From Squalus acanthias (taxonomy: Eukaryota), in NCBI GenBank assembly GCA_030390025.1, contig JASTWF010000355.1, positions 62,001-126,000 on the forward strand: a stretch of DNA of 64,000 bases, in the 5' to 3' direction. The notes beneath the pieces were generated by a model, which ran no database searches, was not told the DNA's origin, and saw only the letters and a program-made list of their open reading frames with translations. Position 1 is the first letter of the stretch, and each line of letters begins with the position of its first letter. A program made the translations under genes and the position numbers. Shown here piece by piece: positions 58,880 through 64,000 of this stretch.

Positions 58880-59290
58880 TGGAAATGTGAGGTCATCCAC
58901 TTTGAACATAAAAAGGATAAAAGGGGATAGTACTTTCTAAATGGTGGAAAGCTAGAAACAGTGGAGGGCCAAAGAGACTTGGGGATCTGGTCCATGCACA
59001 TAGATCAGTAAAACAGAAATAATCTAAAAGGCTAATGGAATGTTGGCCTTTATATCTCGAAGACTATAATACAAGGGGGTAGAAGTTAGGCTACAACTGT
59101 ACAAAGCCCTGGTCAACCCACACTTTAGAAGGATATGTTGGCCTTGGAGAGAGTGCAGAGATTTATCAGAATTCAAGGGTTAAATTACGAGGGGAGATTA
59201 CACACACTGCGTTTGTATTACCTGGAATTTCTAAAGAAAGGGCGGGGTTGTGATTTGATGGAAGTTTTCAAATATTAAACGGAACGGACA
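58880..59290 (+). mobile_element. Old CR1 RT fragment
   Basis: AAATGTGAGGTCATCCACTTT (KCEVIHF) and AAGGCTAATGGAATGTTGGCCTTTATA (KANGMLAFI). Confidence 0.75.
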
Positions 59291-60006
59291 GCTGAATTAC
59301 ATTGACCAGTTTTCAGCAGAATTAGAAAGGTAACTAATAAGTATTGGCTATAATTGACTGTTTTTCCAAATTAGTTTAAGTAGCAAACATCAGAAATTGA
59401 AAATTGGTTTGAGGAAAAAATGATAAGGTAATCTATGATGGAGTAAAAAAGGAGAAAGGGAAAGAGTCTGTCCCTTTTCTATTATTAAAATCTGCAAGGT
59501 TTTAGTGTACTGCCTCTGTGAACAGCTTGTGTGAAGGTTTTGGTGCCACTGTGGCTCCGCCCTTTTTTCCCCTTTTGTGTAAGAGTGTGGAAAGTTGTGT
59601 TTCAACTGAAAAAAACTAACTTATTGTTCAGTTATAATCAATATTGTTACAGTCATTTGGAAAGACTCTTGAAGAAAGAAAAGGAAAGATGTCGTTCACT
59701 GTTAGCATACGCGATTTATTTTATTTTATCTGTTCGGAATTGTGTTTAGTCAATAAACTACTGGTCTGAATTAAATTGGAACTATTGAGGTTTAACTAAC
59801 CTATTAAATGGTGAAAGCCCGATTTTCATTGTGGCCACAGTGAAATGATGGTTATTTTAAATTGTGTGACGGTCTCAATCCCGAACATGAGCCTTTCACA
59901 TTGAGAAAAAAAAACAAAAGACACTCTATAGTGGAATAGAATTGCTTCACAGAATGTTGAAAGTTCATAGTGATGTTGATCACGATTTTTGCTGGTAAAA
60001 AATAAA

Positions 60007-60070
60007 AAGATGGCGTTTGGTTGTTTGGGAAAGTTTGCTTAAATTTACGTGAAGTGACGTAATTACGTCA
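60007..60070. promoter_or_regulatory. YY1 motif plus a perfect 16-bp ATF/CRE-type palindrome
   Basis: AAGATGGCG at 60007-60015 and TGACGTAATTACGTCA at 60055-60070. Confidence 0.4.
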
Positions 60071-61069
60071 GACAACGTTTTGCTCCGCCTTCTTAAAAAC
60101 CTACAAAGAAGTTAACCATTTCTGCTGTCTGCCGCTTTCTTAAATCATCAAGGAACCACTTTTGTATTGCTGGATTTAAATATGTCCCCACGGTGACAGA
60201 AGGAACTTATGAATTATCAGGTTAACCCCTTGGGGTCTTCAGCAGAGCCACAATGGATACTCTCTTTCTTTTGTCCGTTAAACAGGGGTCCACGGTTTCC
60301 CGGACCGTATAGAGGTTGATGGAGATCCGGTAGTTCCAAGAATTTATCTGCAGACATCGAATGTCGCAGTGTGGTGACAAAATTGGACTGAGGATTTTAA
60401 CCTATTGGGTTGAGTTCAAACTATGTATTCTGAAAGAGTTTTTGGGGGGAGACTTTTGTGTTAAAAGTAACTGACACCCCTCATCTTGTAGAGTGAATTG
60501 CTCTCTGGCAAATTTTGGGGAATAACATTTCCAAGAAGAAATTCGATTAAATAAAATTAAAGAAACAAAATGGGTTATAACTTGGACCAAGTGAGAATGT
60601 TTGATCGATGCTTGAAAGATATTATGATAATATTGTATTGGACAGTAAACTTCATCCGGGGTGAATGAATGAAATGGTGAATACTGTATAACATTAAATT
60701 ATAGGAACTAAGTGAGGAAATAAGAGGTAAACAGGAAAACTACACAACCAACATTTGATGATCTCTAAAATCATTTTTCTTAGATGAATTGGCATAAATC
60801 ACCTGGGTGCAATCTGATATTAAGGTAAATTAGTGTGAAAGTCAGGAAGTGTAGTAATTTGTTAAGCTTTCGCTTGGAGATGTTTGTGTCATTGTCCATA
60901 CTGAACAATAAGAAAACTGAATTTGATAGCAAGGCCACTATCCGAGATATCGGGAGCAGGCAGAGGGAGATGAGCAAAGATCTCCAGGCATTTCAAAATC
61001 TTTTCTCAAGATCACCTGAAAGCCCGAGAATGGCTTGGTACAGATGTCAGATCTGGTATGTTATATATA

Positions 61070-62632
61070 CTTTTTATTCGTTTATGGGATGTGGGCGTCG
61101 CTGACAAGGCCAGCATTTATTGCCCATCCCTAGTTGCCCTTGACAAGCTGGTGGTGAGCCGCCTTCTTGAACCGCTGCAGTCCGTGTGGTATGAATTTCC
61201 AGGATTTTGAACCAGCGACGATGAAGGATTGGCGATATACTTCCACCTAAGGATGGTGTGTGACTTGGACGGGAACTTGGAGGTGGTGGTGTTCCCATGC
61301 GCCTGCTGCCCTTGCTTTCTAGGTGGAAGAGGTCGCGGGTTTGGGAAGCGCTGACGAAGAAGCCTTGGTGAGTTGCTGCAATGCATTTTGTAGATGGTGC
61401 ACACTGCAGCCACCGTACGCCAGTGGTGGAGGGAGTGAATGTTTAAGGTGGTGGATAGCGTGCCCATCAAGCGGGCTCCTTTGTCCTGGATGGTGTCGAG
61501 CTTCTTGAGTGTTGTTGGAGCTGAACGCATTCAGGCAGGTGGTGAATATTCCATCACACTCCTAACTTGTGCCTTTTAGATGGTGGAAAGGCTTTGGGGA
61601 GTCAGGAGGTGAGACACTCGCCGCAGAATACCTAGCCTCTGAACTGCTCTTGTTGCCACAGTATTTATGTGGCTGGTACAGTTAAGTTTCTGGTCAATGG
61701 TGACCCCCAGCATGCAGATGGTGGGGGATTCTGCGTTGGTAATGCCGTTGAATGTCATGGGGAGGTGCTTAGACTTCGCTTCTTGGAGATAGTTATTGCC
61801 TGGCACTTCTGTGGCGCGAATGTTACCTGCCACTTACCAGCCCAAGCCTGAACATCATCCAGGTCTTGTTGCATGCGAGCATGGACTGCTTCATTATCTG
61901 AGGAGTTGTGAATGGCGCTGAACAATGTACAGTCATCAGCGAACATCCCCATTTCTGACCTTATTTTGGAGGGAAGGCCATTGATGAAGCAGCTAAAGAT
62001 GGTTGGGCCTAGGCCACTGCCCTGAGGAACTCCTGCAGCGATGACCTGGGGCTGTGATGATTGACTTTCAAACACCACAACCATCTTCCTTTGTGCTAGG
62101 TATGACTCCAGTCAATGGAGCATTTTCCCCCCGATTCCCATTGAGTTCAATTTTACTAGGCTCCTTGATGTCACACTTGGTCAAATGCTGCCTTGATGTC
62201 AAGGGCAGTTACTCTCAGCTCACCTCTGGAATTCAGCTCCTTTGTCCATATTTGGACCAAGGCTGTAATGAGGTTGGGAGCTGAGTGGTCTTTGCGGAAC
62301 CCAAACTGGGCATCAATGAGCAGGTTTTTGGTGAGTAAGTGCACTTGATAGCACTGTCAATGACACCTTCCATCACTTTGCTGATGACTGAGAGTAGACA
62401 GATGGGGCATTAATTGGCCGGGTTAGATTTGTCCTGCTTTTTGTGGACATGACATACCTGGGCAGTTTTCCACATTGTGGGATAGATGCCAGTGTTGTAG
62501 CTGTACTGGAACAGCTTGGCTAGAGGCTTGGCTAGTTCTGGAGCACAAGTCTTCAGCACGATAGCCGGGATGTTGTCGGGGCCCATAGCATTTGCTGTAT
62601 CCAGTGTGCTCAGCCGTTTCTTGATTTCACGA
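61070..62632 (-). mobile_element. 5'-truncated copy of the second LINE family (RT plus 3' tail)
   Basis: AMGPDNIPAIVLKTCAPELA, AGVPQGSGLGPTIFSCFINGLP and MFADDCT. The 3' end ATTCGTTTATGGGATGTGGGCGTCGCTG is identical to that at 29888. Confidence 0.92.
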
Positions 62633-62741
62633 CATTTGAACGAGTCAGACACATGCTCAGTTATCGACAACTGCACAACATGAAATGGCTAATGCGCCTC
62701 AGTAGAGTGAGACAAATTCTAATTTTAAAAATTAATTCACG

Positions 62742-62940
62742 GATTGTGGTTGACTCTTAAATTCCCTCTGACATGGCCTAGCAATTCAATCCGATTTCAA
62801 GAAGAGTTGCTCAAGGTCTGGAGTCACATATAGGCCAGACCGGTTAAGAACAGCCTATTTACTTCCCTAAAGAACATTAGTGAACCAGATGGTTCTTTAC
62901 GACAATCTGGTAGTTTCATGGTCACCATTATTGATACTAA
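62742..62940. mobile_element. Rearranged fragments of the tRNA-headed family UTR / SINE body
   Basis: GGTCTGGAGTCACATATAGGCCAGACC..GAACCAGATGG..TTACGACAATC matches 57790-57910. 62744-62783 is the adjacent UTR segment in the opposite orientation. Confidence 0.7.
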
Positions 62941-63442
62941 CCAGGACTCATTCTCCATAGAGAAACCAACTTTGAAATAATCAGAATAGAGTTAAACACG
63001 TTACTTACAATTATAAGTAAAGCGAATGCTGATCAAATTAATATTTCCTTACAGCTGTAATGGTCGTCAATTGTAAGACCTCCACTAAGTACTGAACAAA
63101 GAAAGCTTATAGGGAGATTAAATAAGGAAAAAATATCACGGAGGCCGAGGCCTGTCACTCTGGACAAGGGTGGGGGGCATGGTTGTATGCAAATCAGCTA
63201 CAAGCGAAAGGTGGGAGAAACACTAAATTGGTCAAGGAATTAATAGGGTTCTGTTAAAGAGTTAGTATCACACTTGGGCAAAAAGTGATTCAAGAACAGT
63301 GTAAAAGACTTCATATAAACTTAAAAGGTAATGACAGCCGGTTATAATTTAAATTATGAAATGTCTTATGTTGATAAGTAATGTTAACTATTGGTTTGCC
63401 AGTTACAAACGCTGATGGTGATCTTCATCACACTAAAATATA

Positions 63443-63829
63443 CGAGAAGTCGCACAACACCAGGTTATAGTCCAACAGCTTTATTTGAAATCACAAGCTT
63501 TCGGCGCGCTGCTCCTACGTCAGGTGAAGTGAAGAGATGCATATAAGCACAGCATATATAGTCAGAGAACACCATCCTCACCTTTGATTGCCCTGATTAT
63601 CTCTCTGCCGAGGTGTGATAAAGGGCAGTTGGAAAGATTAACTGTAATCATCTGGCTGTGTTCTCTGACTATATATGCTGTGCCTATACGCATCTCTTCA
63701 CTTCACCTGATGAAGGAGCAGCGCGCCGAAAACTTGCGATTTCAAATAAAGCTGTTGGACTATAACCTGGTGTTGTGCGACTTCTCACATTTGTCCACCA
63801 CAGTCCAACACCGGCTTCTCCACATCATG
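63443..63829. mobile_element. Fold-back Penelope-derived non-autonomous element with two hammerhead motifs and an 11-bp TSD
   Basis: Inverted arms 63444-63572 and 63658-63786. TSD ACTAAAATATA at 63432-63442 and 63830-63840. pLTR-type 3' end GTCCAACACCGGC..TCCACATCAT. Confidence 0.88.
63703..63741 (+). ncRNA. Minimal type I hammerhead ribozyme motif
   Basis: TCAC-CTGATGA-AGGAGCAGCGCGCC-GAAA-ACTT-GCGA. The CUGAUGA (63707-63713) and GAAA (63728-63731) core is intact around a stem II hairpin. Confidence 0.7.
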
Positions 63830-64000
63830 ACTAAAATATATGTGGGGCGAAAAAAAAGAAATCCCACCTCGCAAATAAAACTCTACCTGTCCGATCCAGG
63901 TAAAGGACCGAAATGGTAATGGACTACAAGAAATTGAATCATGAAATGTATTAAATAACGTTGTGCGCTTTGAAATTGTTAATTGAAATCGAAAGTGTTA

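Noticed and set aside
60360..61060. Possible decayed retroviral gag/leader sequence, perhaps continuing at 62950-64000
   Set aside because: No diagnostic motif, PBS or paired LTR could be identified by eye.

Overview
Repeat-dominated eukaryotic DNA. A cartilaginous fish (shark-like) origin is inferred from the repeat families and the GPR139-like receptor. I can support only one intact host gene: a two-exon GPR139-like class A GPCR (+, 34685-34751 joined to 41458-42443, 350 aa, TATA box upstream). The rest is mostly decayed mobile DNA: many CR1 LINE copies, including one near full-length at 1-4400; a second LINE family whose 5' end is a tRNA-derived head; L2 fragments; a Deu-domain SINE; Penelope-like elements carrying hammerhead-ribozyme motifs, two of them as fold-back elements; a PIF/Harbinger transposon plus MITEs; and a gag-only LTR/ERV-like remnant with a tRNA-Lys primer site. 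There is also a decayed tRNA gene cluster (Phe, Ile, Glu, Asp, possibly Val) at 17.2-26.6 kb, several minisatellites, an 8.3-kb satellite whose unit is an IR-1 nuclear-receptor palindrome, and long CT-rich tracts. Repeat boundaries were read by eye and are approximate; no database searches were run.
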